This document shows, piece after piece, positions 24,703-32,966 of a stretch of 46,253 nucleotides of DNA. Every line of letters begins with the position of its first letter. The stretch's first letter is position 1. This DNA is from Thermoplasmatota archaeon (GTDB lineage: Archaea; Thermoplasmatota; SW-10-69-26; JACQPN01; JAIVGT01), in NCBI GenBank assembly GCA_036003985.1, contig DASYRW010000164.1, positions 1 to 46,253 of the forward strand, read 5' to 3'. Made by a program: the position numbers and the translations under genes. Below the pieces are notes generated by a model. That model saw only the letters and a program-made list of their open reading frames with translations. It had not been told where the DNA came from and ran no database searches.

Positions 24703-24993
24703 ATGCTCGTCTCCCCCGACGCACCCGAAGCCTCCCCGCCCGGCCAGCCCCGCCGCGTCTTGGACTGGCACAGCCGCGAGGTCGGCCACGTGCTCGGCGC
24801 CCACCGCGACCCGCGCACGCATCAGATCGACAGCCTGCTCGTGCGCCTTTCACCGGAGGCCCGCGCGCGGATCCCCGCTCGCGGCTCCTCCATGATCGTC
24901 CCGATGCGGCGCGTCTTCGGCCTGCGGCGCGACGAGATCACCCTCGACTGCAGCCTCGAGGAATTCGGCGCGCTCGCGGGCCGAACCCCCTGA
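24703..24993 (+). CDS. Small PRC-barrel-like protein (tentative), paralog of 27233-27544
   Basis: REVGHVLGAHRDPRTHQIDSLLVRL...DEITLD aligns by eye with LALGHIAHTAHDPATHAMRNFVVGL...DEVVLD of the downstream ORF. Start set at ATG 24703. Confidence 0.45.
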   Translation: MLVSPDAPEASPPGQPRRVLDWHSREVGHVLGAHRDPRTHQIDSLLVRLSPEARARIPARGSSMIVPMRRVFGLRRDEITLDCSLEEFGALAGRTP

Positions 24994-25120
24994 AGCTGCG
25001 CCCGGTCCCGCGGGTCGGCTCGCCGAGCCTTCGAAGGCTGCGCGGATGCGCCCACATGCCGACGCTTTCCACGGAAATCTTTAGGAAACCCGGCGGCGTG
25101 GTCGGCCACGGGGGCTTGCG

Positions 25121-25921
25121 TTGAGGCCACTCCTGGCCGCGTTCGCAGCAGCGGCCGTCGCGCTGCTCGCGCTGCCCTTGCCGGGCCACGCGCAGCAGGC
25201 GGACGTGACGTGGTACCTGCACCGCGACTTCAGCCTCGACACCGCGCCGCCGAACAGCAGCGCGGACGCCACCTTCACCTGGAGCCTGCTGCCGCCGCAC
25301 AACGTCACCTTCACGTCGGCGCCCCTTGTCTACAACTGGACCGTCAGCACGCCCGCGACCTTCCACCTCACCCTCGCGCCGCCGCAGCTGACGGTGCTCG
25401 GCCGCCTGCAGGCCACGCTGCTCGTCAACGGCACTGCCGTGGGCAGCACCGACGAGGACATCCTGCTCGACCTGCGCGAGAAGGACGTCGCGCTGTCGTT
25501 CCAGGAATTGCCGGACCTCGTGCCCGCCGGCAGCGTCGTGAGCCTCGACGTGGCTCTGCAGCCGTTCCTCGACGTCGGGACGCCGAGCCCCGTGGGCCTG
25601 AGCCTCGTGGACCTGCAGGTGCAGATGCTCTACGACTCCACGGCCCACCCCAGCGGCTTGCGCACCCTCGGCAACGACCCGACCGCGCGCGGCGCGCCCG
25701 GCCCCGCCGGCCCGCCCGGCGCCCCGGGATCCGACGGCGGCCCCGGCGGCAACGGCACGGACGCCGGCGAGCCCCTCAACCGCACGAGCGGCGGGCTGAT
25801 CCCGCCCGTCGTGCTCGAGGCGGGCCCGCCCGGCTCGGATGCGCTGCTCCTCGGCGTCGGCACCTCCGCCATCGCGGTGGTCGCCGGCCTCATGCTCCGT
25901 GGGAGGTCTGGACTTGGATGA
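25121..25921 (+). CDS. Secreted surface glycoprotein candidate with a collagen-like GXY run and a C-terminal PG(S)+TM+basic sorting-signal-like tail
   Basis: A TTG start gives the signal peptide RPLLAAFAAAAVALLALPLPGHA. Several N-x-S/T sequons are present. An eight-triplet GXY run (GAPGPAGPPGAPGSDGGPGGNGTD) spans 25691-25762. The C-terminus is PPGSDALLLGVGTSAIAVVAGLMLRGRSGLG. Confidence 0.6.
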   Translation: MRPLLAAFAAAAVALLALPLPGHAQQADVTWYLHRDFSLDTAPPNSSADATFTWSLLPPHNVTFTSAPLVYNWTVSTPATFHLTLAPPQLTVLGRLQATLLVNGTAVGSTDEDILLDLREKDVALSFQELPDLVPAGSVVSLDVALQPFLDVGTPSPVGLSLVDLQVQMLYDSTAHPSGLRTLGNDPTARGAPGPAGPPGAPGSDGGPGGNGTDAGEPLNRTSGGLIPPVVLEAGPPGSDALLLGVGTSAIAVVAGLMLRGRSGLG

Positions 25922-25937
25922 GCTAGTTCGCAGGCGC

Positions 25938-26441
25938 ATGCTGTGGATCACCCTCGTGGTCGCCGCAGGGTTCTTCCTGATGACCCTCATCCTCGCCGCC
26001 ACCGGCAACCTCACGTCCGGATGGTACCTGATCGGGGCCGCGGTCTACGGCGGCGTGTTCGTCATGGCGATCATCGGCTTCATCGCCGAGCGCGCGCCCC
26101 AGGCCGCGCCGAGCCCCGTCTACGTCCAGGGCGGCCAGGTCGCTGCCGCGCCCGCCGCGACCGCGGTGCCCCAGGAGCGCGCGCGCGTCCACCAGGAGCG
26201 CGTCATCTACACCACCCGCCGCGGCCAGGTCGTCGAGACCCTGGACCGCGATCCGCACGGCGTGCACCGCGACTTCACGATCGAGGACGACGGCAACACC
26301 ACCACCGTGGACGCCGTCGGAGAGGCGATCGACGCCCGGGGCTGGCGCGCCGGGCGCGACCCCGAGGAGGAAGAGCTGCGCCGCGGCCTGCAGCGGTGGG
26401 GCCGCATCCGGGAGGTGCCCCTGAATGGCGATCCGACATGA
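25938..26441 (+). CDS. Two-TM membrane protein with a soluble C-terminal domain, hypothetical
   Basis: ATG 25938 gives MLWITLVVAAGFFLMTLILAA and WYLIGAAVYGGVFVMAIIGFIA as TM segments. Third positions are G/C-biased. Confidence 0.55.
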   Translation: MLWITLVVAAGFFLMTLILAATGNLTSGWYLIGAAVYGGVFVMAIIGFIAERAPQAAPSPVYVQGGQVAAAPAATAVPQERARVHQERVIYTTRRGQVVETLDRDPHGVHRDFTIEDDGNTTTVDAVGEAIDARGWRAGRDPEEEELRRGLQRWGRIREVPLNGDPT

Positions 26442-26451
26442 GGAGCCTGCG

Positions 26452-27111
26452 ATGACCGAAGCGATCCCCGAGGACGCGGCCTACTGGCGCGCCCGCCACG
26501 ACGAGACCCGCAAGCGCCTGGCCATGCTGTGGAAGGCCTTCGAGGACGCCGAGGCCCGCGTGGCCGAGCTCGAGGCGCGGCTCGTGCAGTTCACGCCCGT
26601 CGTCGAGGACGTCGCGGCGCCGGGCCGGCAGAAGATCGTCTACGAGGAAGTCATCAAGGAAGTGCCCGCCGACGAGCCGATGCTGCCCCAGCCGCGCTTC
26701 CCCGTCGCGGTGGACAAGCTCGCGAAGATCCCCGGCATCACCAAGGGCGATGTCGAGAAGTTGCGCACGTACGGCATCAACCTCAGCGACGAGCTGCTGC
26801 ACGCCGACCTCTCCAAGCTCAGCGACGCGACCGGCATCGGCCTGGACAAGCTCCAGCGCTGGCGCGAGATCTGCGAGCTGATCGCGCTCAAGGGCATCGG
26901 CCCGACCTGGGCCGTGCGGCTCGTGGACGCGGGCGTGCACAGCATCAAGGAGCTGGGCTCGCTCCGGCCCGAGGATCTGGAGAAGCTGCTGCTCAAGAGC
27001 TACGAGAAGCAAGGCGCGAGCGAGGAGAAGATGGTGCTCTTCCGCCGCACGCTGCCGAGCCGCAGCAAGAAGCTCGTCGCGGCCGCCCAGAAGGCCGCGA
27101 AGTCGCTCTAA
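26452..27111 (+). CDS. DUF4332-like helix-hairpin-helix protein with an N-terminal coiled coil
   Basis: AGGAG lies 6 nt upstream of ATG 26452. Two HhH-like units are present: LAKIPGITKGDVEKLRTYGI and LKGIGPTWAVRLVDAGVHSIKELG. Confidence 0.65.
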   Translation: MTEAIPEDAAYWRARHDETRKRLAMLWKAFEDAEARVAELEARLVQFTPVVEDVAAPGRQKIVYEEVIKEVPADEPMLPQPRFPVAVDKLAKIPGITKGDVEKLRTYGINLSDELLHADLSKLSDATGIGLDKLQRWREICELIALKGIGPTWAVRLVDAGVHSIKELGSLRPEDLEKLLLKSYEKQGASEEKMVLFRRTLPSRSKKLVAAAQKAAKSL

Positions 27112-27232
27112 CGGCCACGCGGCGTGGACAACAAGGGGTTTAAGACCCCCTCCCCAGAGCATAGCCTGGCGCCGCTCCGCGGCCCTCCCACAGTCCCGAG
27201 GGTCGGCGCCCAACTCTCCAAGGAGCCTTGCC

Positions 27233-27544
27233 ATGCCGGCCTTCGACTTGGGCGCGTACCTCGGCCTGCTCGTCCGCGACCGCGACGGGCTCGCGCTGGG
27301 ACACATCGCCCACACCGCCCACGACCCCGCGACCCACGCGATGCGCAACTTCGTGGTGGGCCTCGACGATGCGACGCGCGGCCGCGTCGGCGTGCCGGCC
27401 GCCGAGCTGGCCCTGCCCGCGACGCGCATCGCGCGCGTGAGCGCGGACGAGGTCGTGCTCGACCAGCCCCTGGCGCAGATCCAGGCGGAGCGCAGCGGCT
27501 GCTGGATGGTGCGTCGAGCGGCCCCCGTGGCGGCGGCGCAGTAA
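27233..27544 (+). CDS. Small PRC-barrel-like protein (tentative), paralog of 24703-24993
   Basis: See 24703-24993. The pattern LVRDRDGLALGHIAHTAHDPATHAMRNFVVGL is typical of PRC-barrel N-terminal strands. Confidence 0.5.
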   Translation: MPAFDLGAYLGLLVRDRDGLALGHIAHTAHDPATHAMRNFVVGLDDATRGRVGVPAAELALPATRIARVSADEVVLDQPLAQIQAERSGCWMVRRAAPVAAAQ

Positions 27545-27568
27545 CCCATCCGGCGTGACCAACAAGCT

Positions 27569-28315
27569 TCATGGACCCCGGAAGCGAGGTCCACGCGACG
27601 CCGGCGCCGGACCTTGTTCGCCCCCCGCAGCCCCTGTCCGGCGATCGGCTCCCCCGGGACCCTCCAGGCCCGGGGGCTCATCTTCTCCCAGCCTTCGATC
27701 GAGGGGCCGCGCGCCGGCGACGGTGCTCCAATAGACCCGCGTGTGCGGCGGCAGCCCTCCGCGCTCGGCGCGCCATCTCCGCAGGAATTCGATGGTGACG
27801 GGGTCGTGGCAATAGCCCGAGCCGATGGGCTCCCCGATCTCGGCCTGGATGCGCGCGATGCGCGCGTCGCGCTCGACCTTGGCGATGACGCTCGCGGCGC
27901 CCACGATGGCGTGCGAAGCGTCCGCGCCGTGGCGCGACACGATCGGCGGCGCGGGCTGCGGCAAGAGGCGCGCGATGTGCGCGCCGAAGCGGTGCTCGTC
28001 GACGTCGCACGCATCGACGATGGCCCGCTCGGGCGCGAGGGCGCGGAGGACGCCCGCGAACATGGCCACCTCGATCTCGTTCAGGGTCCGCGTGGCCATG
28101 CGGCGGTTCAGCTCGTCCGCGTCCATGACGCGCACCTCGCACGTCGCGTAGGCGCGGATGGCCGCGGCGACCTCGGCGCGGCGCTCCGCGCTCAGCAGCT
28201 TGGAATCGCGGGCGCCCAGCTTGCGCAGGTGGGCGGGGCTGCGCGCCGCCACGCCCGCGACCACCAGCGGACCCAGCACGGGCCCGCGGCCGGCCTCGTC
28301 CACGCCCGCGATCAT
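27569..28315 (-). CDS. rnhB: Ribonuclease HII
   Basis: MIAGVDEAGRGPVLGPLVVAG carries the catalytic DEAGRG motif. DSKLL, ACDVD and ASVIAKVERD follow. It has a ~40-aa Gly/Pro-rich C-terminal tail. Confidence 0.9.
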   Translation of the reverse strand: MIAGVDEAGRGPVLGPLVVAGVAARSPAHLRKLGARDSKLLSAERRAEVAAAIRAYATCEVRVMDADELNRRMATRTLNEIEVAMFAGVLRALAPERAIVDACDVDEHRFGAHIARLLPQPAPPIVSRHGADASHAIVGAASVIAKVERDARIARIQAEIGEPIGSGYCHDPVTIEFLRRWRAERGGLPPHTRVYWSTVAGARPLDRRLGEDEPPGLEGPGGADRRTGAAGGEQGPAPASRGPRFRGP

Positions 28316-28389
28316 GGGGCGCGCAAGGCCAGGGCGGGCCAAGTGCCTTTCGGGAGCGGTTCGCGTCGAGCCTCTGGGTCCAAGGTCCT

Positions 28390-29010
28390 TCAGATCACCC
28401 GGTAGGGCTTCGGCGGCGCCTCGAGGCCGGCGTTGCAGAAGTTGCCCTGGTTGCCCTCGCCCAGCAGGCCGGTGGGCGCGATGCTGCCGGTGCTCGCCGC
28501 GTGCGCGTGGGCAGGCACGTTGACGCCGCCCGCATTGCCGCCGCCGTGCACGCCCTCGCAGAGCAGGACCACGTAGCCCTGCCACGGGCCGCCGGGGCAG
28601 CCGGGGCGGAAGCCGCCGGGGAGCGGGCCGATGGGGTTGTCGATGCGGCCGCTGTCGTAGTGGCTGAAGAAGATGTCGTCGCCGCAGGCCTCGCGCTTGG
28701 CCTTGCAGACGCCGTCGCCGTCGTTGTCGATGCACACCTGGAAGGCGACCGCGTCCCCCAGCCCAGCGTCGTTGACGAGCACGCTCAGGCCGAAGGCAAC
28801 GCAGCCGCCGCCCAGCGAGGGCGCGGGGCTGCTCTTCACGCAGATCGCGCCGCCGTCGTCGAGGATGGGCTGCGCGCCCTGGGGCTTGACCACGAGGGTG
28901 GAGCCGGCGAGGTAGGTGTCGGCCGGCCCGATGGCGCCCTGGATGCCCGGGGCGAGGAGCAGGCCGGCGGTCGCGAGGACGAGCACGGGGATCGCGCGTT
29001 GGAGGCGCAT
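28390..29010 (-). CDS. Secreted Cys-rich hypothetical protein
   Basis: ATG 29008-29010 gives the signal peptide MRLQRAIPVLVLATAGLLLAPG. The mature part has about 10 Cys and a DNDGDG motif. Confidence 0.6.
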   Translation of the reverse strand: MRLQRAIPVLVLATAGLLLAPGIQGAIGPADTYLAGSTLVVKPQGAQPILDDGGAICVKSSPAPSLGGGCVAFGLSVLVNDAGLGDAVAFQVCIDNDGDGVCKAKREACGDDIFFSHYDSGRIDNPIGPLPGGFRPGCPGGPWQGYVVLLCEGVHGGGNAGGVNVPAHAHAASTGSIAPTGLLGEGNQGNFCNAGLEAPPKPYRVI

Positions 29011-29091
29011 GGGGTTCACGGACCGCCCACCCATCCTGGCCCTGATGAGGGGCCGCCAGGGGCCAAGCAGCGCGCGCAGCCTTTCGGCTGC

Positions 29092-29736
29092 TCAGCCCTG
29101 CCGCTGCTTCTCGAGGCTGCGCACCGCCTCGAGCACCGCGAGGGCGTGGCCTTCCGCCTTCACCCTGCGCCAGACGCCGCGCACCACGCCGTCCGCGTCG
29201 ATGAGGAAGGTCGAGCGCACGACGCCCATGGACTTGCGCCCGTAGAGGTTCTTCTCCTGCCACACGCCGAAGGCCTCGAAGGCCTTGAGGCTGGGATCGT
29301 AGGCCAGCGGGAAGTCCAGGCCGTGCTTGGCGCGGAACTTCTGGTGGCTCGCCGCGTCGTCGGGGCTCACGCCGACGACGCGCGTGCGCAGCGCCTCGAA
29401 CTGGGCCAAGGAGCCGTTGAACTCGCACGCCTCGGTGGTGCAGCCGCTCGTCATGTCGGCGGGGTAGAAGTACAGCACCAGGGCCTTGCCGCGCAGGTCG
29501 CTGAGCTTCCATTCCTGGCCGTTGTGGTCCCAGAGCTGCACGTTGGGCGCGGGCACGCCCTCCACGATGCCGTTCGCGTCGGCCATCGCCGGCCGGGATG
29601 GAGCGCGCGAGGGCTTCGCTGCGCGGGGCTTCGCGGCTTTCGCGGGCTTGGGCTTGCTGCGGCTCCCGCTCGCGCCTCGCTTCGCTTTCCGCGCCGGCAT
29701 CCTGGGCACCGCGTCCGCAACGCTCGCGAGGTCCAT
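29092..29736 (-). CDS. bcp: Thiol peroxidase Bcp (peroxiredoxin), possibly with a basic N-terminal extension
   Basis: The active-site context is LVLYFYPADMTSGCTTEACEF. The core would start at ATG 29586 (MADANGIVEG..., 164 aa). The ORF stays open to ATG 29736 and encodes a Lys/Ala/Pro-rich 50-aa extension, so the start is uncertain. Confidence 0.85.
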   Translation of the reverse strand: MDLASVADAVPRMPARKAKRGASGSRSKPKPAKAAKPRAAKPSRAPSRPAMADANGIVEGVPAPNVQLWDHNGQEWKLSDLRGKALVLYFYPADMTSGCTTEACEFNGSLAQFEALRTRVVGVSPDDAASHQKFRAKHGLDFPLAYDPSLKAFEAFGVWQEKNLYGRKSMGVVRSTFLIDADGVVRGVWRRVKAEGHALAVLEAVRSLEKQRQG

Positions 29737-29782
29737 GAAGGTTGCCGACCCCGTCCCGCGCGCCGTGCGGCGCGGCCCTCCG

Positions 29783-31132
29783 CTAAGGTTGCGCTGGCGG
29801 CGCGCTGCTGCCCGGCCCGCCCGACGGCTCCACGCGCAGCACCGGCCCGTCCTTGCCGCGCACGACCACGCGCTTGCCCGGCGCGAGGCCCCACTCGCTG
29901 ACCGCCTGCCAGCGCTCGCCGTGCAGCGTGACGAAGCCGGGCTTGCCGGGCGCGATGGGGTCGGTGACCTCGGCCTCCTCGCCCACGACCGTGCCGAGCG
30001 GGAAGGGCTTGCGGCGCCGCGCCTGCTGCACCTTGATCAGGGCAAAGACCAGGAAGCCCGCGAAGATCAGGCTCGGCGCGGCGAGCAGCAGCAGCACTTG
30101 AGTCTGGTACTGCGCCGGGAAGCTCCACTGCCCCGGCCCGGTGGGGTTCAGGGGCGCGATGAAGAGCGTGCCGAGCACGAGCGCGAGGATGCCCGCGATG
30201 CCGAAGACGCCGAAGCCGGGCGTGTGCAGCTCGAGGAGCAGCAGGACCGCGCCCAGCGCGATCAGGCCGAGGGCGACGAGGTTCACCGAGAAGCCGAGGC
30301 CCACCAGCGCGAGCAGGATCAGCACCGCGCCGCCCACCTCGGCCCCGTGGCCGGGCGCGCCGAGCCCGAAGATGAGCGCGTAGATGCCCACCAGCAGCAG
30401 CAGGCCCGCGATGACCGGGTCGAAGAAGATGTCGAGGAGCACGACGCGCACCGCGGGATCGATGGGCCGGATCGGGCTGCCCGCGACGCGCAGCGTGACG
30501 TTGCCCGCCGCCGTCTCGACGACGCGCCCGTCCGCGGCCTGCAGCAGCGCGCGCTCGTCCGGCGCGTTGATCTCCACGACCTGGGCGCGCAGGGCATCCT
30601 CGGCGTTGAGGTTGAGGTTCTTCGTGACGAACTCCTCGGCCGCGGTCTCGTTGCGCCCGTGGAGCGCGGCCAAGGCGCGCAGCTTGCCCACGAGGGCGTT
30701 GATGATCTTGCTGTCGTTGATCGGCGTGAAGCCGCCCTCGCCCAGCGCGACGGGCTGGGAGGAGCCGATGACCGTGAAGGGCGCCATGCCCGCGACGTGC
30801 GTGCTGAGCAGGATCACCGTGCCCGCGCTCCAGGCAGTGGCCGTGCGGGGCGCGACGTAGCCGATCACGGGCACGCGCGAGTTGCTGATGCGGTCGGTGA
30901 TGCGGAAGGTCTCCTCGAGGCCCCCACCCGGCGTGTTGAGCACCAGCAGGAGCGCCGCGGCGTTCTCGCGCTCCGCCAAGGCCAGGCCGTCCTCGATGTA
31001 GAGGTCGGTGCCGCGCGTGATGGGGCCCTCGACGGTGAGCTGCAGCACCGGCCGCGGGCCCTCGTCCTGGCCGCCCGCCAGGGGCGCCGCGAGCAGGAGC
31101 GCCAGCGCGAGGAGGGCCGCGGCGCGCAGCAT
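29783..31132 (-). CDS. nfeD: NfeD-family membrane-bound ClpP-class serine protease (long form)
   Basis: After the signal peptide, the ClpP-like fold is marked by LLVLNTPGGG and SAGTVILLS. Multiple TM segments follow, then a C-terminal OB-like domain (GFVTLHGERWQAVS). It lies directly downstream of the stomatin gene. Confidence 0.85.
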   Translation of the reverse strand: MLRAAALLALALLLAAPLAGGQDEGPRPVLQLTVEGPITRGTDLYIEDGLALAERENAAALLLVLNTPGGGLEETFRITDRISNSRVPVIGYVAPRTATAWSAGTVILLSTHVAGMAPFTVIGSSQPVALGEGGFTPINDSKIINALVGKLRALAALHGRNETAAEEFVTKNLNLNAEDALRAQVVEINAPDERALLQAADGRVVETAAGNVTLRVAGSPIRPIDPAVRVVLLDIFFDPVIAGLLLLVGIYALIFGLGAPGHGAEVGGAVLILLALVGLGFSVNLVALGLIALGAVLLLLELHTPGFGVFGIAGILALVLGTLFIAPLNPTGPGQWSFPAQYQTQVLLLLAAPSLIFAGFLVFALIKVQQARRRKPFPLGTVVGEEAEVTDPIAPGKPGFVTLHGERWQAVSEWGLAPGKRVVVRGKDGPVLRVEPSGGPGSSAPPAQP

Positions 31133-31135
31133 GGC

Positions 31136-31924
31136 CTAGGCCTGCCGGCGCTTCTCGGCCTGCGCCATCGCGATGGAGTAGCCCGCCGTGTCACCCAGCC
31201 CGCCGCCGCTCGTCACCACGATGAGGTTCTTCTCGCGCGCGATCTCGGCGAGGGTCTGCAGCTCGCGGAGCTTGAGGGCCATCGGCTGGCGGAGGTATTC
31301 TTCGGCCGCCTGGGCCATCTTCTGGCTCGCCTGCATCTCGCCCTCCGCCATGATGACGCGGCTCCGGCGCTCGCGCTCCGCCTCGGCTTGCTTGGCCATC
31401 GCGCGGAGCATGGTCTCGGGGAGCATGACGTCCTTGACCGTCACGCCGCTGACCTTGACGCCCCAGGGGTCGGTGTGGTGGTCGAGGATGACCTGCAGCT
31501 TCTTGTTGATCTCGTCGCGCTTGGTGAGGAGGTCGTCGAGCTCCATCTGGCCGCAGATGTCGCGCAGCGTGGTCTGGGACAGCAAGCCGGTGGCGACGAA
31601 GAAGTTCTGCACCTGCACGATCGCCTTGACGGGATCCACGACGCGGTAGTACACGACCGCGTCGACGTCCACGGTGATGTTGTCTTGCGTCACGATGCGC
31701 TGCTTCGGCACGTCGATGACGTTCGTGCGGAGGTCGAGGCGCTGCGTCTTGTCGATGATCGGGATGATCAGGATCAGGCCCGGGCCCTTGATGCCTTGGA
31801 GGCGGCCGAGCCGGAACACGACCACGCGCTCGTACTCGCGGAGGATGCGGATCGCGTTCGCGAGGATGATGAGGAAAACGACCGCGACGAGCACGAGCAG
31901 GAAGGCTTCGACTTCACCGGCCAC
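31136..31924 (-). CDS. SPFH/stomatin-family protein
   Basis: IRILREYERVVVFRLGRL...PGLILIIPIID...VDAVVYYRV is the classical stomatin signature. The start is set at GTG 31922-31924, which lies about 25 nt after the TATA-like AAAGCCTTGAAG on the minus strand. ATG 32005 would leave only 19 nt to the divergent artA gene. Confidence 0.85.
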   Translation of the reverse strand: MAGEVEAFLLVLVAVVFLIILANAIRILREYERVVVFRLGRLQGIKGPGLILIIPIIDKTQRLDLRTNVIDVPKQRIVTQDNITVDVDAVVYYRVVDPVKAIVQVQNFFVATGLLSQTTLRDICGQMELDDLLTKRDEINKKLQVILDHHTDPWGVKVSGVTVKDVMLPETMLRAMAKQAEAERERRSRVIMAEGEMQASQKMAQAAEEYLRQPMALKLRELQTLAEIAREKNLIVVTSGGGLGDTAGYSIAMAQAEKRRQA

Positions 31925-31992
31925 GCGGCCCGATGCGCGGCGTGCTTCAAGGCTTTGTCGGCCTTCTGACCCGCAAGGGGGGAAGCCGCAAA

Positions 31993-31999
31993 CCTTATG
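31993..31999 (+). promoter_or_regulatory. TATA-like element CCTTATG for the archaeosortase gene
   Basis: Centred about 29 nt upstream of ATG 32025, which implies a leaderless or near-leaderless mRNA. Confidence 0.35.
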
Positions 32000-32024
32000 T
32001 GGCAAAGGCTGGCATCAGCCCGCG

Positions 32025-32966
32025 ATGGCGGCGTGGTTCTCCTTCGAGAGCGCGACCAGCGTCCTCGCCTTCGCGGCGCTGGGCCTGCTGGGCGCGGGCT
32101 ACCTCGCGAAGGGGAAGCGCAAGCACGCGCTCCGCATCGCCGGCTGGCTCGCGTTCGGCGCGTACTGGCCCACGCAGAGCGCGTCGTTCTTCGCCATCGA
32201 CGACCCCATCAACGGCTATTTCACCCTGCTCGCGCCGCTGTTCTTCGGCTACTTGGCCTACCACGAGTGGCTGTCGCGCAAGTGGGGCGAGGACCCCAAG
32301 GCGCTGCGCTGGGTCACCGGCACGGCCGTCATCGCGGCCGCGACGTACTTCGCGATCTACCGCATCCCCGGGATGACCGACCTGACCATCGGCACCGTCG
32401 CGCACCACAGCAGCTGGTTCCTCAGCACGTTCTTCGGCGTGCCGAGCCACGTGCAGGTGGACCCGACGGCGCCCGTCGAGAGCCGCTTCCACATCTTCCT
32501 CGACAACGACCCGTCGGGGTCGGTGTACGCAGTCACGATCATCCTCGCCTGCACGGCCATCCAGAGCATCATGATCTTCGTCGGCGCCATCGCGTGCACC
32601 GAGAAGGCCGCCCCGCGCCGGCGCTGGCTCGCGCTGGCCTACACGGCCCCGCCGATCTACGTGCTCAACCTGCTGCGCAACGCCGGCATCGTCTATGGGT
32701 ACAAGATCCAGGGCTGGAGCTGCTGCGGCATGGACAGCTTCGAGTTCATGCACAGCTGGGTGGGCAAGGGCGGCTCCTTGCTGGCCCTGGTGCTGATCGC
32801 GCTCGTCGTGTTCCGCACGCTCCCCGAGATGCACGACAACATCCTCGACCTCTTCGACCTGCCCAAGCGGCGCAAGCCGGGCTTCTTCCAGCGCCCGCCC
32901 GCCGTGGCGCCGGCGACGCCCGCGGCGGAGCCTGCAGCGCAGGCGCCCATCCTGGAAGGCAAGTAG
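32025..32966 (+). CDS. artA: Archaeosortase (ArtA-like exosortase/archaeosortase family)
   Basis: The protein is polytopic. It carries the conserved Cys context TIILACTAIQS and the Arg motif VLNLLRNAGIVY. Gene neighbours are psd and pssA homologues. Confidence 0.8.
   Translation: MAAWFSFESATSVLAFAALGLLGAGYLAKGKRKHALRIAGWLAFGAYWPTQSASFFAIDDPINGYFTLLAPLFFGYLAYHEWLSRKWGEDPKALRWVTGTAVIAAATYFAIYRIPGMTDLTIGTVAHHSSWFLSTFFGVPSHVQVDPTAPVESRFHIFLDNDPSGSVYAVTIILACTAIQSIMIFVGAIACTEKAAPRRRWLALAYTAPPIYVLNLLRNAGIVYGYKIQGWSCCGMDSFEFMHSWVGKGGSLLALVLIALVVFRTLPEMHDNILDLFDLPKRRKPGFFQRPPAVAPATPAAEPAAQAPILEGK

Noticed and set aside
22437-24818. 793-aa minus-strand ORF and the 29486-31969 (827 aa) and 37127-38980 (617 aa) ORFs
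   Set aside because: All are antisense to genes with strong family signatures (wHTH regulators; NfeD/stomatin; Trm1) and have shadow-ORF composition.
27135-27149. GGGGT-TTAAG-ACCCC hairpin, or a TTTAAG TATA box, after the DUF4332 gene
   Set aside because: It is ambiguous. It lies about 90 nt from the next start codon, far for the leaderless pattern seen elsewhere. A 5-bp stem without a T-run is a weak terminator. I left it unannotated.
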